DNA of 64,000 bases from Macrostomum hystrix. Its lineage: Eukaryota; Animalia; Platyhelminthes. Of this stretch, positions 63,569 to 64,000 are shown in pieces. Location: contig CATNEN010000003.1 of the NCBI GenBank assembly GCA_950097015.1, forward strand, positions 9,982,001-10,046,000, written 5' to 3'. Under the pieces are notes generated by a model. The model worked only from the letters and a program-made list of their open reading frames with translations, was not told the origin of the DNA and ran no database searches. Both the position numbers and the translations under genes were made by a program. Position 1 is the first letter of the stretch. Every line of letters begins with the position of its first letter.

Positions 63569-63846
63569 CAGGGGTCGGCAAACTTATAAGATAACACGCC
63601 GCAGAGAGAACCTAAAATAAATATGAGATAGGGGATTTTTAGGCACAAAAGAGATGACAGAGGGAGATGAGACATGGGAGAGATACACGGGAGAGATGAG
63701 ACATGGGAGAGATACACGGGAGAGATGAGACATGGGAGAGATTAAACAGGATGCTGTAGGTGTTGGAGATAGCAATGGGCCGGATTTAGGAGTTTTGAGG
63801 GCTGCACCTCACCACCTCACACGCGGGCCATATTTTGCCCCCATTG
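63569..63846. mobile_element. hAT-type (Charlie/MER58-like) non-autonomous element
   Basis: Left TIR CAGGGGTCGGCAAACT, degenerate right end GCGGGCCATATTTTGCCCCCATTG. 8-bp TSD CTCTACAA / CTCGACAA (7 of 8 match). Confidence 0.65.
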
Positions 63847-64000
63847 CTCGACAAAAATATGTTTTCTCTGCTACTTAAATTTTATTATTCGAAAAGCAAT
63901 GTTTAATTAGATATTTTGTGCTGCATCGAGAAATTAACAATGTTACAGTATGACTTTTATTTTCTAAATATGTTCAGACTTTTTTAAGCTGTAAAGTCTA

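Overview
Intron-containing animal genomic DNA, not prokaryotic. Gene content, GT-AG introns, abundant minisatellites and tRNA-derived SINEs suggest an invertebrate, possibly a free-living flatworm such as Macrostomum (inference only). The left third holds two complete fibrillar collagen genes arranged head-to-head, with ATGs about 2.1 kb apart. Chain A (minus, about 1283 aa) has almost no N-propeptide, a furin site and a 16-aa break in mid-helix. Chain B (plus, about 1371 aa) has an uninterrupted 1014-residue helix and a C-terminal tail. These are followed by C17orf98/SPMAP1-like and MAT2B genes, then seven co-oriented minus-strand genes (class IV sirtuin, CRYZ, PSTK, SAE1, UFSP1, SSUH2, NEK1) that look like a possible trans-spliced operon region, with a tRNA-Glu(CTC) in one spacer. 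Non-coding DNA carries about 20 different minisatellite arrays (several related to each other or made of splice-signal-like words), two SINE families (more than 20 copies or fragments), several MITEs and a decayed C-type lectin gene. All exon models were built by hand from splice motifs and reading-frame phase.
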